Positions 52,744 through 61,628 of a stretch of 64,000 nucleotides of DNA are shown here, one piece after another. Within the stretch, counting starts at the first letter, position 1. Every line of letters starts with the position of its first letter. The notes below the pieces were generated by a model, which saw nothing but the letters and a program-made list of their open reading frames with translations, ran no database searches and had not been told where the DNA came from. The position numbers were made by a program, and so were the translations under genes. The DNA comes from a virus. The DNA lies in IMG/VR virus record IMGVR_UViG_3300017681_000001, positions 1 through 64,000 of that record; one strand, written 5' to 3'.

Positions 52744-53291
52744 CAGCGCCGCCCCGGCGTCTGGGGCCCGCCAGGAATCGCCCCCGGCACGCCGTTGACG
52801 CGCTCGTAGGACCGCTGGGCGCCGAGGCCGAGCAATCCCAGCAGGACCGGCATGAGGTCGCCCGTGGATAGCGTCGGCGGCACCGGAAAGGCGATGCCCG
52901 CCGCCGTGCCGATGATGGCCGCGGCCCACGTCATGATGGGCGCGAAGACGAACTGATAAGCGAAGCCTGCGACGCACACCCAGGCTGCGGCCGGCCGCCA
53001 GCGCGACGAGAACCGGTCGTTTCCCTGCGCCTCTGCGAGGTTGACCGCACTCTGCGCCGCGTTCTGTTCGGAGATCGCCTGCATCACGGCGGCCTCGCGC
53101 GCCGTCAGCGCCGTCTCAATGGCTGCCTCCGCTTCGGCGCGCTTGGCCGGATCGGGGATAAGCCGCTCCGTGATCGTGCGCGCGATCTCCGCGACGCTCG
53201 GGATGGCCGCGCCGATGCCCGCACCAATGGCCGGACCGGCGCCGCCCGTGAAAACGCCGCCGATGATGGAACCGATGAGTCCGCCTGCCAT
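52743..53291 (-). CDS. 3-TM holin (GTA-type)
   Basis: AVNLAEAQGNDRFSSRWRPAAAWVCVAGFAYQFVFAPIM matches the vn..Ea.s...F.sgWRP..gWvc motif of the GTA holin family. Confidence 0.7.
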   Translation of the reverse strand: MAGGLIGSIIGGVFTGGAGPAIGAGIGAAIPSVAEIARTITERLIPDPAKRAEAEAAIETALTAREAAVMQAISEQNAAQSAVNLAEAQGNDRFSSRWRPAAAWVCVAGFAYQFVFAPIMTWAAAIIGTAAGIAFPVPPTLSTGDLMPVLLGLLGLGAQRSYERVNGVPGAIPGGPQTPGRR

Positions 53292-53295
53292 GGGA

Positions 53296-54126
53296 TCAGC
53301 CCTTCGGAGGATAGGCGGCGCGCAAGCGCGCCAGGATGCCCGCCAGGAGGCCGGGCTTGGGTTCGGGGGCGGTGGGAGCCGGAACGGGCGCGGCCGGCGT
53401 CAGCACGCCGCTGTTACGCGGCGCTGGGGCTACGAGCGGGCCGATGGGCTTGGTGGTGACGGGCGGGACAGGGACGGTGACCGCAGTCTCCCCCGGGGCG
53501 TGTCGTGCCGCCAGCAGGGCGGTCCGGAACGCCTGGAAATGGCCCGCGATCTCGTAGGCCTTGTCGGTGCCGTTGATGATCGCCCTGGCGCCCGTGGCGT
53601 TCGGCACGGCGCCGTTGAAGTACTGCGACAGCTTGCGGCCGGTGAACCAGCCCTCGGCCATGCCCCGGAACATGATGGAGGCCGCGATATCCGGCACCAT
53701 CGCCATGTCGGGCGTTACCGTCAGGTCCATGGTCCGGTCGAGAACGCCGAGGGCCTGCAACTCGCCCGTCGCCCGCCGGTAGTTCGCCCGCCCGGTCAGC
53801 TGGACATAGCCCCGGCCGGCGAACTTCACGCCGTCGCCCGGCACGGTGTTGCCGAGATCCTTGGCGACCTTCGGCCGGTCGCCCTGAGGATCGTACATGC
53901 GCCGATAGTAGGCGTCGCCCCCGTACTCCTTCACGGGGAGCATGGTTTTGGCCGTCTCATGAAACGCCGTCGCGAGGCAGTAAGCGAGCGAGTCGGTGGC
54001 GAGGAGCGGCGGGCAGGCGTCCAGCAGGCTTTCCATGCCGGAGACCTGGCCCTGCGACAGCGCCCCACCGAACGGCTTGGCGCGCACAGCAGTGAAGAAC
54101 GCGGCTCGGTTGAGCGCAGCGGTCAT
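53296..54126 (-). CDS. Endolysin, GH19 / putative-chitinase class
   Basis: CLATAFHETAKTM...LGNTVPGDGVKFAGRGYVQLTGRANY matches the phage GH19-like lysin signature. Confidence 0.75.
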   Translation of the reverse strand: MTAALNRAAFFTAVRAKPFGGALSQGQVSGMESLLDACPPLLATDSLAYCLATAFHETAKTMLPVKEYGGDAYYRRMYDPQGDRPKVAKDLGNTVPGDGVKFAGRGYVQLTGRANYRRATGELQALGVLDRTMDLTVTPDMAMVPDIAASIMFRGMAEGWFTGRKLSQYFNGAVPNATGARAIINGTDKAYEIAGHFQAFRTALLAARHAPGETAVTVPVPPVTTKPIGPLVAPAPRNSGVLTPAAPVPAPTAPEPKPGLLAGILARLRAAYPPKG

Positions 54127-54572
54127 GGTCTCTCTCCGGGGAATGTCAGGCTGGGAAGCGCGGTGGGGATGGGCGCGCGGGGGAAGGGCGTAAGTTGCGC
54201 CAGTATTCGGAAGGTGCGATATTGAAGCTGTGGGGCCCCAGCGCTCTCTGTGCCACCCTCCTTGCCGGAAGGTAGTTCAGTCTGTGTTGGTCCTGGCCGG
54301 GCTGGCATTCCCTCTTCCGAAGGGATTGCTGGCCCGACTGCTTTTTCGCCTCACCTTGCGACCCGCGTCACGGCGTGGTGTAGTAAGCGGGTCAGTGCGG
54401 CTGCTGGAGAAGCAGGAACCAACGGGGATAGAGCGGTCACCCGCGATTGCGGTGATGCCCCGGCAAAATGGGCCTTGATCGTCGTGCTGTCCGGTCCCAC
54501 CGGGCGGCTCGCCGGGAGCCTTGAGGAACCAAACCGCTCAGCCGGTATCAAGCCCGGCCCGCACTGACGCCC

Positions 54573-54671
54573 CTACCAGTTCCGCGATACCCGAGCCGTC
54601 CAGTACAGGACGATGGGGCTGAGAACCGCTCCGGCCAGGAAGGCGAGCGTGTGCGTGTCGAACTCAGACAT
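54573..54671 (-). CDS. Possible 32-aa TM peptide
   Basis: MSEFDTHTLAFLAGAVLSPIVLYWTARVSRNW. TGATG-coupled to an upstream mini-ORF. Confidence 0.2.
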   Translation of the reverse strand: MSEFDTHTLAFLAGAVLSPIVLYWTARVSRNW

Positions 54672-54766
54672 CAGCGAACTCCGATCCAGCGTTCCATCCA
54701 GAGATCGATCCCGGCCTGCCAGACCGTCCAGCAGAGGGTGAAGTAGGCGCACTCGGTGTCGTTCAT
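54671..54766 (-). CDS. Possible 31-aa peptide
   Basis: MNDTECAYFTLCWTVWQAGIDLWMERWIGVR. Confidence 0.15.
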   Translation of the reverse strand: MNDTECAYFTLCWTVWQAGIDLWMERWIGVR

Positions 54767-54783
54767 GGCGAACTCGTGGTAGG

Positions 54784-55134
54784 GTGTCGAAAGGCTGTCT
54801 GACGCCAAGCCTGGAGGATGCCGTGACTGCCAACACTAGCGTGATCGAAAGTATTGCCTTCGTGGTCGTGGGCGCCCCAACCTATGCCCCCGCCTCTGAT
54901 CTTGACGTCAAGTTCTGGCGCGACGCGGAGGCGGCGCGGCGCCTCACGTCGATCAGCGTGATGGACACCTTCATCCAATCCCTGTGCGAGCATCGAGCGT
55001 GGAATGAGCATGCGGACAGGCCCCTCAACGCCACGACGCGCGACCGCATCGCCTCGCGGCAGCAAAGCCTCCTCGCCGAGTGCGTCGTGCGAGGCCTGTG
55101 CTCCGAAGCAGTTTTGAAGCGGCCCGCCGCCTAG
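54784..55134 (+). CDS. Hypothetical protein, opposite strand
   Basis: 116-aa ORF with a GTG start. Its stop abuts the stop of the fibre-module gene. Confidence 0.35.
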   Translation: MSKGCLTPSLEDAVTANTSVIESIAFVVVGAPTYAPASDLDVKFWRDAEAARRLTSISVMDTFIQSLCEHRAWNEHADRPLNATTRDRIASRQQSLLAECVVRGLCSEAVLKRPAA

Positions 55135-55485
55135 TTACGGCCCGATCGCCACGACGGTCACCACCGTTCCGTTCGGCGCCGTCGTGAATGGGGCCGTGTT
55201 CAGCAGCAGCGTGCCTTGGGAGGCCATCGCCTGCACCGTGCAGCCGGCCGCCGTGGTCGCCGTGACCATGCCGCAGATCATCTGCCCGCCGGACCAGCCC
55301 TCGACCACGAAGGCCAGGGGCACCGCCTTGAACGCTGGGCTGAAGGTGACCTGCGCCACGCCCTGCCCGCCCGACACCGTGCCCGTGAAGGTCTGGAAGC
55401 GCAGGCCCGTGGCGAGGGTGTCGGCGGCCTGGAGCTGTTGCGGCAGCCCATCCGATCCGACGACGAGCGGCGTGCGCGCGGCCAT
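55135..55485 (-). CDS. Small tail-fibre-module protein sharing its N-terminal adaptor motif with the next gene
   Basis: MAARTPLVVGSDGLPQQLQAADT versus MAIRKPLVLGDDGLPQVLQSPDT. Confidence 0.55.
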   Translation of the reverse strand: MAARTPLVVGSDGLPQQLQAADTLATGLRFQTFTGTVSGGQGVAQVTFSPAFKAVPLAFVVEGWSGGQMICGMVTATTAAGCTVQAMASQGTLLLNTAPFTTAPNGTVVTVVAIGP

Positions 55486-55493
55486 GGCCGGAC

Positions 55494-55982
55494 CTACAGC
55501 AGGATCGGAAGCTCGACGTCGACCTCAAGCTCCGTGCTGGACAGGGCCGAGCCGATGCAGACGTTGACCTGGCCGGCCGTGGTCGGCGGGGTGGCGGTGA
55601 GCTTGCCCGGGTTGGCCGCGTCGAGGAAGTAGTAGGCGCCGACGGCGAGGCCGCCGGTGGTGCCGGCCACTGCGTCCCACTGCGTGGTGGACCCGGTGAG
55701 AATGCCCGACTGCGCGACGCTGCCCGTGGCGCCCGCGGCGATGGAGGCGTCGAAGACCAGCCCGACGATCTTCGCCGTGGTCTTGGCATTGGCCTGGCCG
55801 CGCTTCACCGTCGTGCCGGTCGCGGCATAGACGGGCGTCCCGAACGGCAGCGTGGTTGCGCTCTCTCCGTTCGTGGTCGTGCGCAGCGACGGCGCATTGG
55901 TCGGGACCGAGATGGTGTCGGGCGACTGCAGGACCTGCGGGAGGCCGTCATCGCCGAGGACGAGGGGCTTTCGGATCGCCAT
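55494..55982 (-). CDS. Putative receptor-binding / tail fibre protein
   Basis: It shares the N-terminal motif above. The C-terminus KIVGLV...YYFLDAANPGKLT...CIGSALS...PILL resembles common fibre-tip domains. Confidence 0.55.
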   Translation of the reverse strand: MAIRKPLVLGDDGLPQVLQSPDTISVPTNAPSLRTTTNGESATTLPFGTPVYAATGTTVKRGQANAKTTAKIVGLVFDASIAAGATGSVAQSGILTGSTTQWDAVAGTTGGLAVGAYYFLDAANPGKLTATPPTTAGQVNVCIGSALSSTELEVDVELPILL

Positions 55983-55994
55983 GGGGTGTCTCCA

Positions 55995-56243
55995 TTAAGC
56001 TTGCGGCTGAATTGCAGGGCGGGCTTGCTTGAGCATTTCCACTCTGGCCCGCGCCTTGGCGGCGGCCCACGTTCCGGGCGGGCGGTCCGTAAGATTGGCC
56101 AACCAGATGTGATCTTGAGGCTGGTGGCCGCCGCGATTGATTCGGACGGCGCGGCGCTTTCCGGTCGCGGCGTTCTGTTGGTAATCCCAGACGCCGGTCT
56201 GCCCCACCGACCGCCAGCCGAAGAGAGCCCTGAACCATCTCAT
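55995..56243 (-). CDS. Hypothetical protein
   Basis: ATG at 56243 (MRWFRALFGWRSVGQTGVWDY...). Confidence 0.4.
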   Translation of the reverse strand: MRWFRALFGWRSVGQTGVWDYQQNAATGKRRAVRINRGGHQPQDHIWLANLTDRPPGTWAAAKARARVEMLKQARPAIQPQA

Positions 56244-56253
56244 GTTCGCACCC

Positions 56254-56508
56254 TCACTCGACTGAATCGTAGGTGGCCGCGAAGATGTCCGGCTTGCAGG
56301 GGTAGAACCGATCCGGTTTCGGCTCCGGGATGATCCAGTCGCCGGGCGCGAGGTAAGCGCGCTGTTCGTGCGCTGTGATGACGTAGGGATACATGAACTC
56401 GCCATCGTCACCGGAGCGCAGCTCCCAGTGGACGCCTTTCTTCACCCCATTGTCCGGAAACCATTGTTCTGCAGTGATTTCGACGGGCTTCTTGCGAAAC
56501 TTCGGCAT
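56254..56508 (-). CDS. Conserved small phage protein
   Basis: MPKFRKKPVEITAEQW...GDWIIPEP...YPCKPDIFAATY is a pattern seen in many phages. Confidence 0.5.
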   Translation of the reverse strand: MPKFRKKPVEITAEQWFPDNGVKKGVHWELRSGDDGEFMYPYVITAHEQRAYLAPGDWIIPEPKPDRFYPCKPDIFAATYDSVE

Positions 56509-56522
56509 AGGGGCGCCTCCTT

Positions 56523-57134
56523 CTACAGCAGGATCGGATCGGCCTGGATCGCGGCCAGGGTCTGTGGACCGGTGGCGTTGCCGATGCGCACGAGGCAGCG
56601 ACCAGCGGTGAGGTCAGGCGCGGGCGTGATTCCGCCGGCGGCCCCGAGGAAGTACGGCAGGCCGGTGGTAAGCGACGGCGTGCCGGCGATCGGCGTCCAG
56701 TCGTCCAGGGTGATGGGCGCGAAGCAGGCCGATCCGACGAAGCCCACTTCCACCGGCGCGCGGACGAGCCCGACGACGAAGGCCTGCGTGTAGGTGTCGG
56801 CGCGGGCCGGAATCAGCGTCCCGTCGAGGCGTGAGATGCAGGCCGGCAGACCGGCCGGGAGATCGGCGCCGGCCACCGCGGTGACCGCCTCGGCCGGCGG
56901 GCGCGTGGCGAACACCCCCTCGAGATACGCCATCGCCGCATCGGGCGTCGCGAACGTCTCCCCGTCGAGCGCCGCCATCTCTTCCCACGGGCACAGCAGC
57001 TCGCTCTGCGCCGCCAGGGAGTGAACCCGGATCTGACCGTCGTCGCGCAGGTGCGCGCTCAGGGTGAGCGGCGGGAACACCCCGCCCCCAACGATGACGA
57101 TGACGCCGGCTCGATCATCGAAGCCGACCCGCAT
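56523..57134 (-). CDS. Putative receptor-binding protein paralogue
   Basis: ATG at 57134. The C-terminal half FVVGLV...YFLGAAGGITPAP...RIGNATG...DPILL parallels 55494-55982. Confidence 0.5.
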   Translation of the reverse strand: MRVGFDDRAGVIVIVGGGVFPPLTLSAHLRDDGQIRVHSLAAQSELLCPWEEMAALDGETFATPDAAMAYLEGVFATRPPAEAVTAVAGADLPAGLPACISRLDGTLIPARADTYTQAFVVGLVRAPVEVGFVGSACFAPITLDDWTPIAGTPSLTTGLPYFLGAAGGITPAPDLTAGRCLVRIGNATGPQTLAAIQADPILL

Positions 57135-57670
57135 CAGGCGTACCCCTGGGGCGTGATCTCGGGAGAGAACTCGAGAAGCGTCCCGCCTGAGGTCGAAAGC
57201 ATGTAGATCTCGGCGCCGGACGTGGCGAAGCGGCGGCGGGTCTGATTGATGAAGCTCACGGAGCCGCGCTCCTCGTCGCCGGCCTCGGCCGCGAGCACGA
57301 GGGCCTGGGGGCCGAAGTCGAAGTCCGGATTGCCGGCGGGCCGCACCGCGATCCGCAGGGCCGAGCCGCGCAGGGCCGGGACGATGCGATACGAGAACTT
57401 GTAGGAGTAGAGGTCGCCGGGCGCGCGAGCGCGCAACAACCCGTCCGACCAATGCACGAAGCCCGCCCACGGGCCCGAGAGCGGGTTCAGGTTGGCCGTC
57501 GACGGCGCGAGGTTGCGGACAATCCGCACCCACTGGCCGGCGGCGAGCGTGATGGGCGTGCCACTACCATCGGGCGTGACCGCGTCGAGGTCGCTGTAGT
57601 CGATGGAGCCGAAGCCGTGCGCGTTGGCGCCGGGGCGGCCTTGGGGCGGAAAGGCGAGCGGCGTCGGCAT
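57134..57670 (-). CDS. Tail-fibre-module protein
   Basis: ORF 57134-57685. ATG at 57670. Confidence 0.45.
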   Translation of the reverse strand: MPTPLAFPPQGRPGANAHGFGSIDYSDLDAVTPDGSGTPITLAAGQWVRIVRNLAPSTANLNPLSGPWAGFVHWSDGLLRARAPGDLYSYKFSYRIVPALRGSALRIAVRPAGNPDFDFGPQALVLAAEAGDEERGSVSFINQTRRRFATSGAEIYMLSTSGGTLLEFSPEITPQGYA

Positions 57671-57672
57671 GG

Positions 57673-58212
57673 TCAGAACGCCCACGTCGGCACGCCACCC
57701 ACGATGCGCAGCGCCTTGCCCTCGTCGATGAGGGGATCGAAGGCGGGATAAGCCGGCGGCCCCTGCGGACCGATGAGCATCGGCGCCGTGACGATGCGGC
57801 CATCGTAGGGCTGGGCGTCAAGAAGGACGGGCGACTGCGCCGCGAGCGCGATGGCGGCCGACGACGAGCCCGGCAGCACCAGAAGCTCGACGCGCCCCAG
57901 CCACTCGACTGGAGCCGGGTTCGCCGGGTCCGGCCGGCGCAGGACGTCGCCCCGCACCGCCGTCGGCCGCTCGACGCGCCACACGCGGCCTGCCACCGGC
58001 AGGTCGATCCGGAAATAGGGCGCCGCCCCGCCGACGAACGCCAGCGTCCCATCCAACGTCGAGGCCGACATGACCACCGGGCCGCCCCGGATCGGGGTGA
58101 AATCGACGGACAGGGCCGTACCGGAGAAGTCGATGGATTCGCCGGGCCGGACCGCGATGGGCTGGGCCAGCAGAATGTCGGCTATGTCGATGACGGCGGT
58201 GGCGTTGCTCAT
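57673..58212 (-). CDS. Tail-fibre-module protein
   Basis: ATG at 58212 (MSNATAVIDIADILL...). Confidence 0.45.
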   Translation of the reverse strand: MSNATAVIDIADILLAQPIAVRPGESIDFSGTALSVDFTPIRGGPVVMSASTLDGTLAFVGGAAPYFRIDLPVAGRVWRVERPTAVRGDVLRRPDPANPAPVEWLGRVELLVLPGSSSAAIALAAQSPVLLDAQPYDGRIVTAPMLIGPQGPPAYPAFDPLIDEGKALRIVGGVPTWAF

Positions 58213-58300
58213 CTGCCGATCCAAGTGTGTATGCTACTGCAGGATGGCGGCCCCAATCCTGGACGTGTTCGCATTTGTATTTCGCAAGGTAGGTATCGCA

Positions 58301-58777
58301 ATGAATGAAACGGCAGCAACGGCGTCATACCTACCAATTATCATCTCTGCTATTTCTGCGGCTATTTCGGTTGCTTCTGCAACAATCGCGTTTTTTTCTC
58401 GCAAGGCTGCCTTGAACGGTCAGCTCCAATCATGGATGCTTTCATACCTGAAAGAGCACGCCGCCTTGCATAACTCGACCGAACTTGAAAATCCGTTCCA
58501 AGCAAGTGTTTTCAAGGAACTAAAGCCAAAGTTTCAAAACCAAGCAAATATAGTTGCAGGAATGCTGGTCGGAACTATAGACCTGATGTACCGAAGCGGC
58601 GATCCTCGCGCCGAGGTCTGGTCGGGCTACCTGAAGGCGCTCGAAGGCCCAATCCTGGCGACTGGGTTTGATCTCGAAGCGTACGCTACCGAAAAGAAGT
58701 TGAAGCAAAAGATTGCTTCGGAGCGCGAACGGATGAAGGGCAAGCCTCAGAGCGCGGCGCTGCAAAAGTTGCCCTAG
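58301..58777 (+). CDS. Low-GC membrane-anchored protein on the opposite strand (moron)
   Basis: ATG at 58301. N-terminal TM SYLPIIISAISAAISVASATIAFF. About 48% GC in line 58321-58380. Confidence 0.65.
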   Translation: MNETAATASYLPIIISAISAAISVASATIAFFSRKAALNGQLQSWMLSYLKEHAALHNSTELENPFQASVFKELKPKFQNQANIVAGMLVGTIDLMYRSGDPRAEVWSGYLKALEGPILATGFDLEAYATEKKLKQKIASERERMKGKPQSAALQKLP

Positions 58778-58779
58778 CG

Positions 58780-59364
58780 TTACGCGGCCTCCGGCAGCGG
58801 CCAGACCCCCGACAGGTCGCCCTTCGACACCCGGTCGGCGCGCCACAGGCTCTCGATCACGTCGGCCTCGGTGAAGCCGAATACGTCCTTGAGCTGGAGA
58901 AGCTGCGCCAGGAGGACGTTGTTGCTGTACTCGACGCGCTCCTGAGCCACGACGCCGAGCGGGTTGCCCGCGTCCACCAGGGTCTTGATCCGGCCGAGCA
59001 CGTCGGCGAGGCGACCCCAGAGCACCAGGGCCACGCGCCAGTCGCCCAGCGTCGGGTTGTCGGGGATTGGATTGCGCGCCGCTATCTCGTCCGCCGTCAG
59101 CGCCACCACCTCCCGCACCGCCGGGATGGTCTTGGTGTCCGGATCGGGCTTACCCTCGACGGGATCGGAGAGGCGGTGCGTGTCGGGATCGAACGGGGGA
59201 TCATCCGCGATGGCGATGCGGAAGTAGCTCTGTCCCGTGCGACCAGACCAGCCAAGATCGGTGATCTGATCCTCGGACGGGTTGGCGGCCACGAGCCATG
59301 CCGGAAGCGGCCCGGCGGGCTCCAGGGGCGTCAGTTTGGAGAGGGTGAGGAGGCGGTAGTTCAT
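58780..59364 (-). CDS. Hypothetical tail-module protein
   Basis: ATG at 59364 (MNYRLLTLSKLTPLEPAGPLP...). Confidence 0.5.
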   Translation of the reverse strand: MNYRLLTLSKLTPLEPAGPLPAWLVAANPSEDQITDLGWSGRTGQSYFRIAIADDPPFDPDTHRLSDPVEGKPDPDTKTIPAVREVVALTADEIAARNPIPDNPTLGDWRVALVLWGRLADVLGRIKTLVDAGNPLGVVAQERVEYSNNVLLAQLLQLKDVFGFTEADVIESLWRADRVSKGDLSGVWPLPEAA

Positions 59365-59418
59365 GCTGATCCGGCCTTGCGGTCGCGCGAGCGCCCGTGA
59401 TGGGGTAGGCGATGCGAG

Positions 59419-60306
59419 TTGGCGGCTATGGAGTGCTGGGTGGCGGTGCGGATCGACCCGAAGCTGATCTACGAGATTCAGGCCCCGGAGGGCCCTCGCT
59501 ACTTCGGCGACATCTACCGACCCTATGCCGTCGATGTCCGGATCGGCCCAGAACATCGGCTTCGGTTCGGTAGATTTTCGAATGGCCTTATCGGGAACAT
59601 GAGGGTCCTGAACCTCCCCAATGACACCGATGAGGTGTTCACATCCGGGGCGTTCTGTGAGGCTGACATTGATGCTCGGATCATCGTAGGCGGCAATCAC
59701 AGGAACGACACGCCCTGCAACATTACGATCGGCAGCTTCGGTAGTGCCTACGGCCTGTTCATGAGCGAAGAAGACAGGCTGACGTTTTCCTCAAACAGCC
59801 GGCCGGTCCGGTTCGGTAACAACGTCGTCCTGTCGTCTGGTGTGCGGGTCCTCGGTGGCGCCGATGTCGGGACCGCATCAGTCATCGCGGCAGGCGCCGT
59901 TGTGACTGGCCCGTGTCCGTCTTTCGGCATCTATGGAGGCGTGCCGGCGCGGCGGATCAAGGATCGCTTCGATGCCGAAACACGTATGAGATACGATGCG
60001 TTGCGGCTGCCGGAACTGAGGGCACATTGCATCCCTATGATCCCGGCCATGCTCGCAACAACCGCGCAGTCCGACAATTTTGTGCCTCAATATGTCGGCC
60101 GGGTGCCTCGACTAATTTTTGATGGGCAGATTGGAGAGGGTGGGACGGTCAATATCCGTCGGTCCGACGAGTATTACATTGGTTCAGAGAGTATCACCCA
60201 CCAGCCAACGGTTGAAAAGTTGACGCAGTATTTTAATCAAGCCAGAGAGCGGCCCGAAGTTCTTAAATGGTCGCCTGATATTTTCTATGCAATGGGGATC
60301 GAATAG
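59419..60306 (+). CDS. Hexapeptide-repeat (left-handed beta-helix) acyl/acetyltransferase with a C-terminal extension
   Basis: VRFGNNVVLSSGVRVLGGADVGTASVIAAGAVVTGPCPSFGIYGGVPARRIKDRF is typical LbH transferase. It lies on the opposite strand, and its 3' half is AT-richer. Confidence 0.7.
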   Translation: MAAMECWVAVRIDPKLIYEIQAPEGPRYFGDIYRPYAVDVRIGPEHRLRFGRFSNGLIGNMRVLNLPNDTDEVFTSGAFCEADIDARIIVGGNHRNDTPCNITIGSFGSAYGLFMSEEDRLTFSSNSRPVRFGNNVVLSSGVRVLGGADVGTASVIAAGAVVTGPCPSFGIYGGVPARRIKDRFDAETRMRYDALRLPELRAHCIPMIPAMLATTAQSDNFVPQYVGRVPRLIFDGQIGEGGTVNIRRSDEYYIGSESITHQPTVEKLTQYFNQARERPEVLKWSPDIFYAMGIE

Positions 60307-60312
60307 ATCGTT

Positions 60313-60945
60313 CTATGGCTTCGCGCTCCAGAACTCGATGACAACAAGACCGCTACCGCCGAACTGATTGGAGCCTCCGCCGCCGCCTGGAAACCCGCCC
60401 GGCGTCGACACGGACCCCGGCCCAGCGGTAAGAATCAGGTCCAGGCTGTTGTTTTCGCCTCCAGCCCCCCCTCCAGCGTCGAGCGTCCCTGGACCAGCCG
60501 AGACCCCGCCATTGGTGCCAGAATTGCCATATCCTCCACCGCGAGCTGTAACCTGCCCTAACACTACGGCTCCACTCAAGCTTAGATCGCCACTTGAATT
60601 GCCTGTTGGGGCAGAAACTAAAAGCACCCCATCTACAGTAACGCTGGAAGACTGCGTTGTGCTGGGCGCACTATTGCTTCCGGTTACTTTGATCGAAAGC
60701 TGCTGGCCCGGCGTGCAATTGATATCGGATCGCGCAAAGGTTCCGCCGCTGCCGCCGACCCCATTAGGGTTTTGGCCGCCGCCGCCGCCCCATGCTCGAC
60801 AAGACAGCCAGCCTGATTTCGCGGGCACGCTGTCGGAAACGGTTGCGACGGTCCTATAGGCTCGACGCGCAATGAGCGTCGCCCCGCCCCCGCCTCGCGC
60901 CAGCGCGAGGTTACCAATCTGATGCGGCTGCGGTCCCCAAGCCAT
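60313..60945 (-). CDS. Glycine-rich tail protein
   Basis: 210 aa with GGGGG, GGSGG and GGGAGG runs. ATGA-type junction with the upstream gene. Confidence 0.55.
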   Translation of the reverse strand: MAWGPQPHQIGNLALARGGGGATLIARRAYRTVATVSDSVPAKSGWLSCRAWGGGGGQNPNGVGGSGGTFARSDINCTPGQQLSIKVTGSNSAPSTTQSSSVTVDGVLLVSAPTGNSSGDLSLSGAVVLGQVTARGGGYGNSGTNGGVSAGPGTLDAGGGAGGENNSLDLILTAGPGSVSTPGGFPGGGGGSNQFGGSGLVVIEFWSAKP

Positions 60946-61619
60946 CAGTAATCCCCCGCCAACGGAGTGATATCGACATAACCCCCAGACGGAAGCGTCG
61001 AGAGAAGCGCGGCGAAGTACCCGGAGCCGGGGCCGACTGCGAGGGCACGGTTGGGTGAGGCGTCCATGAAAGGCTTGGCGTCGGTGAAGAGGTCGAGCGC
61101 GGCGGTGCCGGCGGTCGAGCCCGCACCCGAGGCCAGGGTGGATGTGCTGAGAAGATGCAGGCGCCAGAATTCGGCGTTGGCCGGCGGCGTCTCGGCGGTA
61201 AAGGTGTTGGCCGGGAACGTCAGCGTGGTCGCGGAAACGGCGGTCGGCTGGGCCGGCTCGACGGCGGGCAGGTTCACCGTGTTGCGGAAGCCGGTGCTGT
61301 CTCCCACGAGCCAGCCATCGGTGATGAAGCTGCCCGTGGTCCGGGCGATTGTGTTCGTGGTGATCGACGCCGTGCCCATGTCGGACACCTTCGTCAGGCG
61401 TCGGGCCGCGAAGAGGCGGATCGCGAGCGCGCCCGGGGTGCTCTGGAACTGCGCGGCCGTGAGGGCGAACAGGCGCGAGCCGCCGGCCAACGGAGGCGTC
61501 ACACCCGAAGCCGCATCCGCCGACGCGAACACGAACACCGGCCGGGTCGCATGAACCGGCAAGATCCGCGCAGGCGAAAACGGCCGGTATGACCCGACGT
61601 GAAGGGGATCAAGTGCCAT
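60945..61619 (-). CDS. Tail-fibre-module protein
   Basis: 224-aa ORF. Confidence 0.5.
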   Translation of the reverse strand: MALDPLHVGSYRPFSPARILPVHATRPVFVFASADAASGVTPPLAGGSRLFALTAAQFQSTPGALAIRLFAARRLTKVSDMGTASITTNTIARTTGSFITDGWLVGDSTGFRNTVNLPAVEPAQPTAVSATTLTFPANTFTAETPPANAEFWRLHLLSTSTLASGAGSTAGTAALDLFTDAKPFMDASPNRALAVGPGSGYFAALLSTLPSGGYVDITPLAGDY

Positions 61620-61628
61620 TTGGATCTC

